From assembly GCA_035084275.1 (NCBI GenBank), contig CM068747.1, positions 21,948,001 through 22,012,000 of the forward strand: a stretch of DNA of 64,000 bases, in the 5' to 3' direction. Of the stretch, positions 12,018 to 26,226 are shown piece by piece. The DNA is from Hydrolagus colliei (taxonomy: Eukaryota). The notes beneath the pieces were generated by a model, which had not been told where the DNA came from, ran no database searches, and worked only from the letters and a program-made list of their open reading frames with translations. Numbering within the stretch: the stretch's first letter is position 1; the number at the start of each line of letters is the position of its first letter. The position numbers and the translations under genes are program-made.

Positions 12018-15000
12018 TTACTTGCTCTGACCGGTTAGGTACAGAAAATCTTGACCAGTGAAACTAGGGTGAAGTAAAGGGTGGAGAGGAATAGCGGGAG
12101 AGTGCAAGGTAACTAACGGGGGAAACAATCTGGCGATCGGCAATGGATGGAGGGCAAAATGCTCTGGATGCAGAACTCTGGCAGGAATAATGTGGAGTTG
12201 AGGAGCTGCGAGAAAGGTTGGGTGACTTCCCGGATACAGGCTGGGGACCAGTGAAAAGTGGGCTGGGAGAGTGTGGATGTGCGGGAGGGACGGCGAGTGA
12301 GGTTGAATGAACGATCGAGCAGCGGCTGCACCGTGGTGCTGGAGTACTGTGTGATGAATGGTTGTGATCGATGCAGTGGTGACCGACTGCTGGAGACGAG
12401 CGGGCTGCTGTGGGGCCCGAGCTACGGTGACGGCTGGAGCAGGCGAGACACCCTTCACTTTGTTCACCAGCCTCTGCTGCTCAATGTGCTGCTGCGCTTG
12501 AATCTGCAATTGCTTATACTTCTCGGCTTCCTCTGGGGTGAACGATATTGTCTGAGAGAGCGGGGAGAAAGTTTTGTGGATGCGCTCAGTTTGTGGCCGT
12601 TCACAATCAGCGATGTCCACTGCCTCAGTCTGAGAAGATTGGTGGCTGCTGCAGCGCACGAGGTTTGGGGCGTCTGGAAGCTGCTCAATTCTTTCCGCAT
12701 GTTCTTCAGACAGTGTTTCATAGTGACGCAGATGTACTTCATTTAGTGATGCCTCTATATCTTTAATGTTATTGCTATACAAGTCCATCTCCTTGTGACA
12801 CGTTGCGTCTCCCTGTGGTAGGGTCTTCACAGTTGGTACCTCTTCACTGTGCGGCTTTACAGAAGCCTCACGGAGGTCAAATGAAATTCCAGGAAACAAA
12901 ATATCCTCAGAAGGATACTTGAGATTATTTGTATGTTCATCACATTCATGTCTGTTCGTTGTCATTTTAGTCGTTTCTGAATTCAGTAAATGGTTGCTTA
13001 TCTCTGAATGGTAATCATCTGGAAATGTTTCTGTTGATGGTGTGCGTACTGAACTGTGACCTTCCTCTGTCTGCTCTACAGGAGCATGAGCTATGTTTCT
13101 AATATTCTTATCTTGCCTTTCAGTATATGGTTCAGAATCTCCAAAGAGTTTCTTTTGACATGAAGGGTTGCAATGCTGAAACTCATCCAGTGTCAAACAC
13201 TTACTCTTTTCTCTCACTGCCATTTTGGTCTTTGATTTATTACTGTGACTTTGTTCTTTTTTCGAGAAAGACGATTCTTTGCCCAAACTCTGGATATAAT
13301 CTGAATAGAAACTCCTGTAGCAGGAATTGGGACTCTGTCTGTGCTCTTCGTTTGATGATGAAGAATGTCTATGTCGCTTGTGTTTGTGATCAGGTACGAT
13401 GGACTCCCCATTTAGAGAGGTATACCCTCTCTTTATGGAGTGCCGTTCAGGATGGTGTGGACTGGTGTCAGTGTCTGATAAAGAATCGTGCCCAACGCAT
13501 CTGCCTCTTTGCCTACTTTTGTAAGAACAAGCCTGAGAATACGCTGAGTGCATGTCTCTTGAAGAAGTCCTGGACAGTGAACAGTTCTGTTGCCCACAGA
13601 TCTTTCTCTCACTGTCTGTAAAGGAATTTTCATGTTCCCTCTCATTCTCAATAATTTCTTGTTTCTTCACTTCATAATTCCTGCTATATACCAGGTGCCT
13701 GTGTTTACGGTTCAGAGTGTATCTTTTTGCACGATTGCCACAGGCAATCTTTGTTAGATTTTTATCCAGTTTTTCTGTTGCCTCCTTGTTTTCAGCACAC
13801 TGAACTTCAAAGCACTCCGTACAACTCACTGACTTTTTTTGCATTGTTTGTTCTTGCCCACGTTGACTTTCTGATGTGTCTATGATATTTCCTGCATCAG
13901 AGAGATCATTCATCCATGAACTGCTAAAACTTTCATCTACCTTCATCTTTTCTCTATTTTCCCACTCAAGTGATGCTTTTCTCATGTTTGGTTTTTTGCA
14001 ACAGTGTATATTCCCTCCTTTCCAGTTTTTAAAACATTCTGTTTCAATCTCCCTCCTTCTGTGGTTGCGCTTTGAATGCCTGCAAGACTTTTTGTGCTTT
14101 TTCCATTTTTTAGATTTGCAACAGGATAACATGCCCCGTAAAGGCTCTTGCAGATCGCTTCGCTCACAATGGGCTTTCAGTGAGTTAGCAACAAACTGAT
14201 TCTTCTCACTGTAGTGCTGTTGAATTATCTGATTACCTTCATTCCCAGTGATGGTGGCATCTGCATCAAAATTAGAGCACTCTGGTGGGGTATCCAAAAG
14301 GATGCTTGAAAAATCCTTTTCAACACCAGCCTCAAGACTGCTCAGATCTGCAAAAGATGTCCTCAACTCCATCAACTCACCTTCTTCAGATATAACTTCC
14401 TCTATGCCCTCTTTAGTTCTGGATGATCGGAAGTCAAAATACAAAGGATTGCAGCAATATGTTACAGACGGCTGTGTATTGGTAACACGCAACATCTCAG
14501 AGGGCCACTGTAGGACAGTTGACCCATCTTTGCTCAACACTGGAAAGAACGGTGTAGTGGGTCTCTTGCATGCACAAGATGTGTCCATGTTTTCGGTCAG
14601 CGCTTGTAATGAACAACATTTCTTAAAAACACTACAAGGGAGTTCTTCAGTGACATTACCATCTTGAGAGAGTTCACCAGATGTTGCACAAGCTTTGACT
14701 TTCATCAACGACTTTAAACTTTCATTACTTAAGATCTTATAAACCTCATTGGTCTCCTCGATAGAATCAAAGCATTTGGACTGTGATGTTTTCACCTCAC
14801 TCTCTGAAGAGATTTCTTCCTTGTTCACACTTTCACGGAGTTGGCTTTGTTCTGCCAATGGGAGAAATGCTAAATACGGAAGCTTTGGCTTATTGTTGCA
14901 TTGGAGAGGTGATGAATAGGAATAAAAGTTAGATTCTCCTGCAGGGCTGTGAGCTTTCACATTTAAATACTGTGGCTCTTTAACCAACTCCACTCCATTG

Positions 15001-15477
15001 CTGGCAATACCAATTTCTTGCTGGTTCTTACTCTTCTCTGCCTTCATGTGTAAACCAACAACTGCTTCTGTTCCTGAACCCATCGCAGTGTCGTGGACAT
15101 TGCAGTTGACTTTGCGCTTATGGTTCACGCTCTTTCTATTCGGTCCTTCTTCGCTGTTCTCGCAGAAAACAGCTGCCGAAGATTCCAGTTTGACAGGAAC
15201 CTTCTTGGAAAAGGAAAAGGAGAACCCTATCCTCTGTCCCCGGGTTTGTTTTCCCTGCTTGCAATGTTGAGTCTTCCAAATATCAGCTGTATTGCTCGGG
15301 GATAGTATGTTGTTCCCTCCACTGATTTCCACTCTGCTGCCTGCAATGCCAGTTTCAGGATCTGTTGATTTAATGCTCTCTCTTCCAGGATCCATGCTGG
15401 CACGCCGCTGATTTTCCCTTGAGGCGTTTGCAACGGCAACAGTTGTGGACTTGAACATCGGACCACTCCCCGGGGCA
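12018..15477 (-). CDS. ZNF804A: ZNF804A last (4th) coding exon, about 1152 aa plus stop; long low-complexity C-terminal region
   Basis: Uninterrupted 3.46-kb frame. Acceptor ...ttatgtgctccAG|T GCC CCG (AG at 15479-15478) completes the TG of exon 3 to give C-APGSGPMFKSTTV. Contains the family motifs IGFSFSFSKKVPVKLESSAAVF, PFFPVLSKDGSTVLQWPSEM, YCCNPLYFDF, KRGYTSL and SITTIHHTVLQHH. Stop TAA at 12020-12018. APGSGPMFKSTTV and KRGYxS match recalled ZNF804A rather than ZNF804B. Confidence 0.92.
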
Positions 15478-16869
<1,392 letters not shown>

Positions 16870-17169
16870 CTATAAGAAAGATAGAATACATTATCAACTT
16901 CCAGCTGAGATAAGAGGATTCCAACACTAATCAAAATGGTGCAAACATATTACCCTTTTGCCAATATTAAAGAGTCAACTTTAGTGACGTTCCAACTAAA
17001 TGCAGGTTTTACTGCAGCCTGGATTGTGGCATATCCTTTAGATATTTGAGCCACATAAAAGTAATTTTGTTTTACCATTTCTGGTCTTCTTTGTCTAAAA
17101 ATAGTTTTTTTTGTCTGTGAATTTTACATTGAGTCAGTGGAACAGCTCTGTAACATTCAGTAGAATGAG

Positions 17170-17244
17170 CACTTGGAACAAAATATCAAACAAAAACACT
17201 TGGAACAAAATATCACCTACAGGAAAGTGCACTTGGAAACAAAG
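17170..17244. repeat. Short triple direct repeat CACTTGGAACAAAATATCA
   Basis: Copies at about 17170, 17197 and (degenerate) 17230. Confidence 0.75.
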
Positions 17245-19065
17245 CAACAGGGTAGATGTAGAACCAACTAACAAAAGTGTTTCTAATTATGAAAACATAA
17301 TATTAATGGAAATTGGAAGTGTGTTACTATTTAGCTCCGCAGCTCAGCAGTTGGTGTAGTTAAGTTACAAAATGATCTAAGTGACAACAGGAAAGCATCA
17401 CAACTCGGGGTGTAAAATGTATGGTGATACTGCAAGAAGCACCACCTAATTTACACATTCCCTTCAGTATCTCCTGTGGGTGGCAATAAATTAAAGAGGA
17501 ACTGAATTTCACTTGTAGTCACTGCTTCCTCTCTCATACAGTGCTGACTCTACTTTCCATTTTAATTACCATGAATATTTCTTTTTTCTCTGTACAGGAT
17601 ATTCCGTACTGACACACTCAGGCCACCTGGGTTATAATGACATATTGCTCCTTGCGTTCAGACTGTCAGCAATTTTCCCTCCCAATTATCGTTGAGTGGA
17701 AAATTGCACTTAAGACTGTAAGTGTACTTTTTATTGGGATTACACAACTCGTATATAGTAGGGTCTAAATGTAACACAGCAGTCATTTGAAAACTTAAAA
17801 ACATCAATTTATCCAAACGTTCGAGTGAGCCACATCAACTTGAATTACTTTGCTATTTTCGAATATTTAGATCCTGTTTGATGCTATACTTCATTGTACC
17901 ACCAGAAATTATTGCCATCATTTATTTATTACTTTGGCTCTTACATTTGGGTCAACCCTGTGACAGTATAAAACAATCTTTCAGACCAAAATAGTCATCA
18001 CAAAGAATTATGAATGAGTGTGTGTCCTACCTGATCAAAATGGATTTTGTTCAGTGCTTTGTTCTGAATGGATTCCACCCCGATGTTTGTGATTGTAACA
18101 TGTTTTTTTTCAGTGGGTGAGGGGAGAAAATAATTTCAACCAGCACAAGCTAAGCCGCTTTCGACGTGCAATTAATATATTCATGGAAACGGGACCCAGA
18201 GAATAAACAATACACCATTGGTGGTACAAATCCTTTTTTAAAAAAAGTCAAAGAGGGGTACAGACTGTGCTGCAGTGTTAAAAAATAATCAGTGTATGGA
18301 TTGTGGTACCAAGGAGCAAATAAAGATGCTGGACTATACAAATAAATGATGTGGGGGGGGGGGAAAAAACACAAGAAATTTGTCAAATTTCTAAAATGTG
18401 GATAATGGAGGAATTTTGCTACATGGGAGACATTCAACTAGCACGTAATTGTACAGGTATGTTAAATGTTTTTTTGGACAACTACCATGAGAGCAATGAT
18501 GCTGTAAAAGAAAAACTCCCTATGAAGAATAATTTTAATTTGGATTTCAATGCACCTTTGGATTGATCAATATTTCTGTTTGGGACATATTTTTAGTTTA
18601 CGGTATAATCCATGATGACGTGAATTCAACCAGTTCCCCAGCACATTTTGAGTATCTCTAAATGACCCCTGTGGTGATGGTTATAATTAAAGTTACATCT
18701 TCCATTTATCACAGCTAGGGCAAGCAATATGAAATATACCTGTGCCAGGACCCAGCAAGCCAGCTATCAAAATAATTAAGAGCTTCTTGGTTACCCAATG
18801 TACAAAGATACCAAACCACATGAGTGCGTTCTCGAAAGATTTATAGAAATGGCATTTCCCTAACCCCTCCAGTTCTCTAATTTCACTAAACAAATGTTGT
18901 TGGCTTTTGCAAAGAGCTAAAGGTAATCGCAAGGAGTTCAAGGTAATCTGGGTTTGTGAAACTCACAGGATTTTGCAATTGGACGGTATAGGAGGAGAGA
19001 CTCAGGGCTACAATATTCCACTCACTAATCAGCTTGATGCAAACCTAATGTCTGGCTTTGGCAAG

Positions 19066-19390
19066 ATAATAATAATCATAAATCCTTGCATTTGATATAC
19101 TGTAACGCTTTTCAAATCTTATCGACGTCTCAAAGCACTGCACAGAATATACTGTAAAGTGAATTGACTGTATATTTGTGGGTGAAACGCGGCAGCCAAT
19201 TGCGCACAGCAGTGTCCCCACAAACAGTTATGGATTGAAATGACCAATTTTATTATTGTGGTTTTTTTGGAGGGATTATTATTAGGCGTGTGTGTGGAGT
19301 AAGAAGATTTGCCCAAGGTTTTGCTCTGATCTGCCTGGATTCGAACACAGACCTCACGCTTATAAGGCAAGTGCTCTAGCTACAGGAGCT
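19066..19390 (-). mobile_element. CmiSINE-like SINE, full length
   Basis: Reverse complement of the family consensus. Confidence 0.9.
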
Positions 19391-19799
19391 CTTAAGATGC
19401 GAAACAAAGCAACGCACCATCTTCCAAGTAGCACAACATATTGATCCGATCGGCACCAAAACATTATTGTTTCCTTTACTTTCTTAATGTACACAATTCT
19501 TTATCTGCTGCTGCAGTTGTTCCTTACCCAATGATTAGGAACAATCAAATCCCACCTAAAGACCTTTTTTGATCGCACTTACCATCACCTCCGTATTCCC
19601 CTGGCTTGGTGTCAGACTCTGCCACTGTCAAACTTTCCGGGACGCTACCTGGCTTGAAGGGCGTTATATAAATGCAAATTGTTGTACAGTTGGTCTAAGC
19701 CTACGTTCTGTTTTTCTATGGTGCAATGCTAGAGGCCAACCTTCATCTCCATACCGTATTACTAAAATGCCTCCCTCTCCCCACATATCCCCTTTCTCC

Positions 19800-20858
19800 C
19801 CTGGCCCCACTTCCATGACTGTTTGTGGGACACTGTTGTGCGCAATTTGGCTGCCGCGTTTCTCCCACAAATATAAAGTCAATTTTCCTACTTTCCTTCA
19901 ACCAACCACGACCCCTCCCACCCTCCTGTGGTCCCTACCTCTTCTCCCTCCTTTCTTCCCTCTTGTCTTCTCCCTCCCCCACTTGCTCTGGTCCCAACCT
20001 TGGGACATTTTGTATTCTGTGAAGTGCTTTGAGACGTCGATAAGACGTGGAAAGCGCTATATAAATGTAAGGATTATTATTATAATTGCATTTAATTCCT
20101 TTTCAGATAGCTTTCCTTTTATTATGTAATAATAATGGTGATCATCTTTGCATTTGATATAGTGCCTTATCACAACAAAGCACTCGACAGAATATATTGA
20201 CTGTATTTTATAGACTAAATGTGACAGACAATTGTGCACCAACAGTCATAGGGGCATTATTGCCCCTGGATAGCTTTAAACTAATCGATTAACAACTGGG
20301 TTCCCGCCATTTTAAAGATCGTCCCAGCGAGAGGCGAGGACAAGGAGCGGTTGCTGGACGATTGTTGATTGCTACTGCTTTTGTTGTTTATTGTTGTTGG
20401 TTAATCCCCCCCTTTTGCCCCCTAACCTTTCCCTTCCTTTTTTCTTCTCTCTCTCTCCCTTTCCCCCTTTTCCCTCCCTCTTCCCCCTTGCCCCTTTCTC
20501 CCCATTTCCCTCTGATTTTAACCCCACCCACCTTTCCCTCCCTCTCCCCCCTTATCCTCTTTCCCCCCTTTCTCCCCTGACCCCACTTCCCTGACTGTTT
20601 GTGGGACACTGATGGGCACAATTTGGCTGCCGTGTTTCACCCACAAATGTACAGTCAATTTTCCTACTCTCTTTCGTCATGTCCCGACCCTTCCCCCACT
20701 GCTCTGGTCCCTACCTGACTGTACAGCGCCTTGGGACGTCCTCTCGACGTGAAAGGCGCTATATAAATATAAGTTTTGCCCTGCCCAGGGAATTGAACTC
20801 AGCTCTTTTCACTTTTAAGGCAAGTGCACTAACCACTGACTAGGCTATGGGGCTCCTC
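19800..20858. mobile_element. Cluster of chimeric SINE/L2 pieces with pyrimidine-rich tracts
   Basis: Two Deu-core units (19813-20085 and 20590-20775) flanked by CT-rich sequence, a minus-strand tail at about 20130-20245 and a minus-strand head at 20775-20858. Confidence 0.7.
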
Positions 20859-21410
20859 CAAAGTTTGAGTGAGAACTTTAGCAAGCAAAACCAAATTGGA
20901 AGAATTTTTTTGCAGTGTGATTCTTAAACAGCATTGCATTTTTGAGTGTTAATTAAACCATATATCTCTTCATGTACTGCCAGTGACCAAAGTCATCTCC
21001 TGGAGTGGGGAAAAATTCAATTCCATGAATTCCCAAGTGTATCTCATGTCATGGATGTGTTAGTGAATTATTAAATTATTCTAGCTTTCTTGCTATGGCT
21101 CCAACATTTTCTTACAATTTTCCTAGCGCAGTTTTTTTTTCTAAGTGCAAAATTGGCAGGAGGTCGACTGATTAGTAAGCATTCTGCTGTTACACTGGGC
21201 CTGCTATTGCAGTTCTATATATTTTTTAAAAAATTTATGGACGACCTTACGTTACAAGCTGAATTCCCATCTAACATTTAGTTCCAACTGGCCAATCGGA
21301 ACACGTTTTTTGGAATGATGACAAGCTGGGTTTTGAGGTCTGTACAAAGTAAAGTCCATCTGAAAGTGAAGCTGCCAAAGCTACATTATTGTTTCACGTC
21401 ATGTGATTTC

Positions 21411-21610
21411 ATAGAATGTTACAGCGCAGAAGGAAGCCATCTGGCCCATCATACCTCTTCGAGCTCTTTGAAAGAGCTATCCAACTAGTCCCATTTCACT
21501 GCTCTCACCCCCACAGCCCTGCAAATGTTTCCTTTTCAAGTACCAATTCAATCACCTTTTGGAAGTATATGCCTCTACCAACCTTTCAGTCTGTGTATTC
21601 CAGACCATAG
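21411..21610 (-). mobile_element. CR1 LINE 3' UTR fragment
   Basis: ATAGAATGTTACAGCGCAGAAGGAAGCCATCTGGCCCATC..CTCTTTGAAAGAGC resembles the reverse complement of the CR1 3' end at 30000-30070. Confidence 0.7.
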
Positions 21611-22425
21611 CAACTTTTTCTATTTGCAAACATTGCCTTTTTTTTTACTGTGAGGCACTTTGGCCTTCATGCCAACCTGATTAAGAATGGGAAGACTATG
21701 ATTCTGTTCCTAATGCTGCTATCGGTGTCTATTATGGAACGTATGTGAGCAATTCATGACATTTAGCTGCTTTTCCTTCAGCTACTAAGGGCTGCCTCAA
21801 GAGAGTTCAGATGAAGAAGATATTTCAACCCATTCGGGCTCGTCCTTCGAAAATATCACCCTAACCTCCCTTCATGTTTTGTTTAAGTATGTCTAGCATT
21901 AATGAATTGAATGCCAATAACTTTGCTCACTTAACACACCCCTCCCCCACCCCCCCCCCACCCCGCCCGCATAATAGTACCATTTATCCTAGTAGAATTA
22001 AGAGTGGAATTCTCTGTTTTAATGCAGCAGATCACCAACAATTGCAGTGTGGTAAACATCTGTATTTCGTTCAGAGGTGACATAAATCCATTCAAACTAT
22101 GGCAATGTGACTGTGAATATGAGCTTTAGCCTACAGTTTGACTCAGCAACTGTTAAAATCCATAGCAGTTCAACGGCCCCACTGGCTATATTTTAGTCAG
22201 GTTTACTCAGTTTGTAATATGGGTGTTGTTGCCATGACACATAATTCCTGTTTTAATCTCTGCACAGAGAGACTTAGAGAGTGTTTATGCATTGTGCTAA
22301 TGAAATAAACTAATGAAATCCCGAATACATGACTTCATCTGGGTAGAGATCGTTACTGGTTTAAAAATGGTAGACAGATAACGAAAGCAAAACGGGCTTC
22401 CTTGTGATCACACAACAGTGCCTTT

Positions 22426-22750
22426 AATAATAACATAATCCTTGCATTTGATACAGCACTTTTCACGTCTTCTGGGCATCTCAAAGTGCTTTACAGAATA
22501 TACTGTAAAGTGAATTGACTCTATATTTGTGGGCGAAACGCGGCAGCCAATTGCACACAGCAGTGTCCCACAAACAATCGTGGATTTAAATGATCAATTT
22601 TATTATTGTGTTTTTTGAGAGACTTTTGAGAAATTATTATCAGCCGTGTGGTGTAAGGAAACTTGCCCAAACTTGCCCTGACCTGCATGGCATTTAACCT
22701 AGGTCTCTCACTTGTAAAGCAAGTGTTCTAGCCACTGAGCTACAGGACTC
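22426..22750 (-). mobile_element. CmiSINE-like SINE, full length
   Basis: Reverse complement of the family consensus. Confidence 0.9.
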
Positions 22751-25700
22751 TTTAAAGGTTTTTGGAGCGTTCCCAAAGTTAACAGCCACTGAAACCATCT
22801 GACTTAAGTTATGATTTGATGATTTGTTTTTCATCTCTGGCGGAATGCCGGAGTGCTATGAGCTGCCTCGGTCACTGAATAATGATTTGTTATGCTGATG
22901 AACATCAGCATGTGTATAGTGCAGAATACAATATTTTCGGATGTAGATATTAACCTTTTCGAAAAAAAGAAATAAGGGTTTTTATTAGAAATGCTTTCTG
23001 TCCTTGCAAAGAGATTCTGCTGAGAGCCTCTTAGAGAATGCTGCAATGTTAGATTGTATAACCTGCCTCGGAAAAATCTATTCATAGCAGTATGTTATTT
23101 CATGCGCTACAGTATTAATTATCACAGGCACTATACTACTCACTAAACTTGTGTTACGCTTTGTCATTTTCCAGCTTTTCAAAGGAGGCAACAGAATGTA
23201 CTCTTCAATTACAGATGCTTTCAAATCTGCTTAGAGGAGACATCCAGTTGTATTATACTAAACTCTCTCTACATCCAATGAAAATAGTTAGCGGTACTTA
23301 AATTCTGACATTTTTGATTACTCTTCTTCAACATTAACTGCAAAATACACAGGCACTACACACTACAATGAATTCTGTGAAGCACATTAAGGCTTTATGA
23401 CAAGGTAATAATGACCTATATCACGTGCGAGGATTCTTATTATTTCTTGCTGACTACACTATATAATCTCCTGCCCTCTGCCTTCCCCAATCCCCAACCC
23501 CACCCCCAGCTCAGATCCGAAATACTTTCTATCCATGGCTTGGGATGACCTTTGCTTTGAATAAGTCTTTTGAAAGAGCCGCCAGAGAATCGATGGGCCA
23601 AATGGCTTCCTTTTGTGCTGAAAAATTCCATGATTCTATCATCTCCCGACGTGAAACGCACTATGCAAATTTTTTGGGTTGTTGTATATTGTGTAGTTTC
23701 TTAAAAAGCAGTAGCAGGAACGATACTATCTTGGAAACATTGTGTTTGCTGTGACTTCTTGTGGGAAGTTTTAGCTAGTGCAGTATAATTTAATCTGACA
23801 ATCGGTCTTGCAAATATGCTAACAGCTTTGGAAGCAACAAAATATTGGCAGTGAAATGCCACAGCTGAACATTTTGCACATCTGTTCTTCTATCTAATTT
23901 TCTTTAGACTGGAATGAAATCCATTCTCACCCTGAATGTCTGAATTGCTGTTTACTGAAACAATTCATCATGTTTAGAACGTGTCTTCAGCTAAAAATAA
24001 CTTCTATCGGTTTTCACAGAAGATTCCATTTCATAAAATCTCTAGCGCTTGCATTGATTGCCAGCAGAGCTCAATGATCATTATAGAGATTGTCTCTTTC
24101 TTCACAGAGGCTTATTTTAATGTGGGGCATTATTTTAAACCTTGGCACTGGGGTTATTTATTCCCTTTTAAAATTTATTTTATTTCATATCAAAAATTGA
24201 AGACGAACACGGTCAAAAGCTTCAGGAGAAACAAAAGGGGAAAAGCTTCTTCTAAAATTTTGAAAGAAGCAAATGGCAGCATCTTGTTGCCAGTTTAAAG
24301 AGTATATACAACACCTGAACACGCAGCTGCTGTTGTTGTTGTACTCTGAACGGGGAATGAGACGTCTAAATTGTTCCCAGAACAGGTGAATTACAACTTG
24401 GTGTGCAATTCTAATTATTTTGTTGCGTCTAATTCTAATTGTTTTCTATTAAGGCTGTTCTTCTCCATCCTCCTCCCCACCATTACCTTAAGATCTTTTG
24501 TGAATGCACTTGCGTTCACACACACAGCAACTTCCTTGGCTTCCGAATCCTGGTGGCCTCTGTAGAGCATTAGGAGACAAGCTCCAACTGTGGAGGATAC
24601 TGTATAAATAACTAACTCGAATACAGCAATATTCTACAAATATCCACAAAATGAATGACTGGCTAATTTTAATGGGTTTGGGGGATTGTTAGCCAGGACA
24701 CCAGGAGAAACTCCTTTCAGGAGAAATTTGGGATATAACTGAAATGACTTTCTACTCGGGCATTCTCACTGTGTAATTTCCCCTGATTCATGTTCAAAAA
24801 TCCCATCACGAACGAACACTTTGGAATTTGCAGGCTACCCAATTTGCAGCTTTCAGAATTCTTACTGTTTATCCTCTGCTGATATTAATTATCCTTGTTT
24901 CCAGATTTGTCTTTTGTTACATATAGGAGCACAAATAATTATTCTATGTCATTGCAAATAAAAGCGACCTGCCAAAGCAGATGAGACCCATAACGACAGC
25001 ATTGGATAATTACTCTGTTGTACTTTGCACACACGAAAAGCATTGCGTTAACCTTCACTGTTGTACACTGTTGTGTTACTGGTATGTTTTTTAAAAAAAA
25101 CTTTTTAAATGGCAAGAAACAGAGAATTTCCAAATGATAGAGTGACAAAATCTCTGCTTAGTTCTAGTAGTTCATTTACAGAGGCGTTGATGAATAAGGT
25201 GTTCACTAAGTATTTTAGGAAGGTACCTAGAGAAAACAACAGGACTGCGGCTCGCAATTGGGACTTAAGAAATCAAGTAGAAACATATTACAGGTGGCAT
25301 CATAGTGTCTCCGATTAATTGAGAGTCCCATTTTTGACTCCCTACTCTACTCTTTGAGAATAAGGGTTAAAGGGAAGGGAACATTCTGCAAAACAGTGGT
25401 TTGACACAGTAAGGCAACTTGCAGTACAGTCAACTAGTATAATTGGACTAGTTATTTTGTTCCGTTCACTCAGTGCGGTGAATCTATCAATGTATACTTA
25501 AGTCATTTACTACACCAACCATAGTTGTCTGTGTTCCAGCATCATATATCAAAAGAGAGGCTAGTAATTTGTCATGTTTATTTGGAGAATTATAATTTGA
25601 TAGATGATTTAAACTAATTTATGGCAAAATGGATTATATTTGCATATGTTAATTCAACTGGTATAGTTTAGGAAAACAGATGGCACGTGTTGAGTGCCTG

Positions 25701-26037
25701 TGAACAGCATAGATACTGTCTCTCTCTCCGTGTTTGATTACGTATTGGTACTGATGATTTTTGTTGATTCTCCCATGTTTTATCAGATATCAGATTTTTC
25801 AATGAAGATCGTGGAATTGTCCGCATAGACAAATTGTAACTTGTGAACAAATTCAGCAGTGTTATTATTTAATAGAGATTCATTCACTGGGGAAAAGAAG
25901 CTATCTCAGTTCTTTCTTTATCAATGTTTGGAGTACCAGCTTAACCCAGTTATAAATAGCTAAACTCTGGAAGTGATTGATTTTAAATACTGTACGGAAT
26001 TATAAAAAAGTTTTTAACAGAATCAGCATGAAATACT

Positions 26038-26226
26038 TAATCCACAACCACCTTGGGACACTTCTGTGTGCAAATGGCTGCTGCGTTTCACCCACAAAAT
26101 ATACAGTCAATCCCCTTTATAGTACATTTTGTGGAGCGCCTTGAAACTAGGTCTCTAAAACCTGATAAGGCCTGATAAGGCACTAAATCAAATGCAGGGA
26201 TTATTATTATTATTTATTATTATTAT
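26038..26226 (+). mobile_element. CmiSINE-like SINE, 3' part
   Basis: Deu-like core and tail. Confidence 0.75.

Noticed and set aside
12113-15305. Overlapping and antisense ORFs inside the large exon and inside CR1 ORF2
   Set aside because: Shadow frames of real coding sequence, with no independent motifs
20362-20621. Pro/Leu/Phe-rich and Gly/Lys/Arg-rich ORFs (also 50346-51056)
   Set aside because: Translations of CT/GA low-complexity tracts
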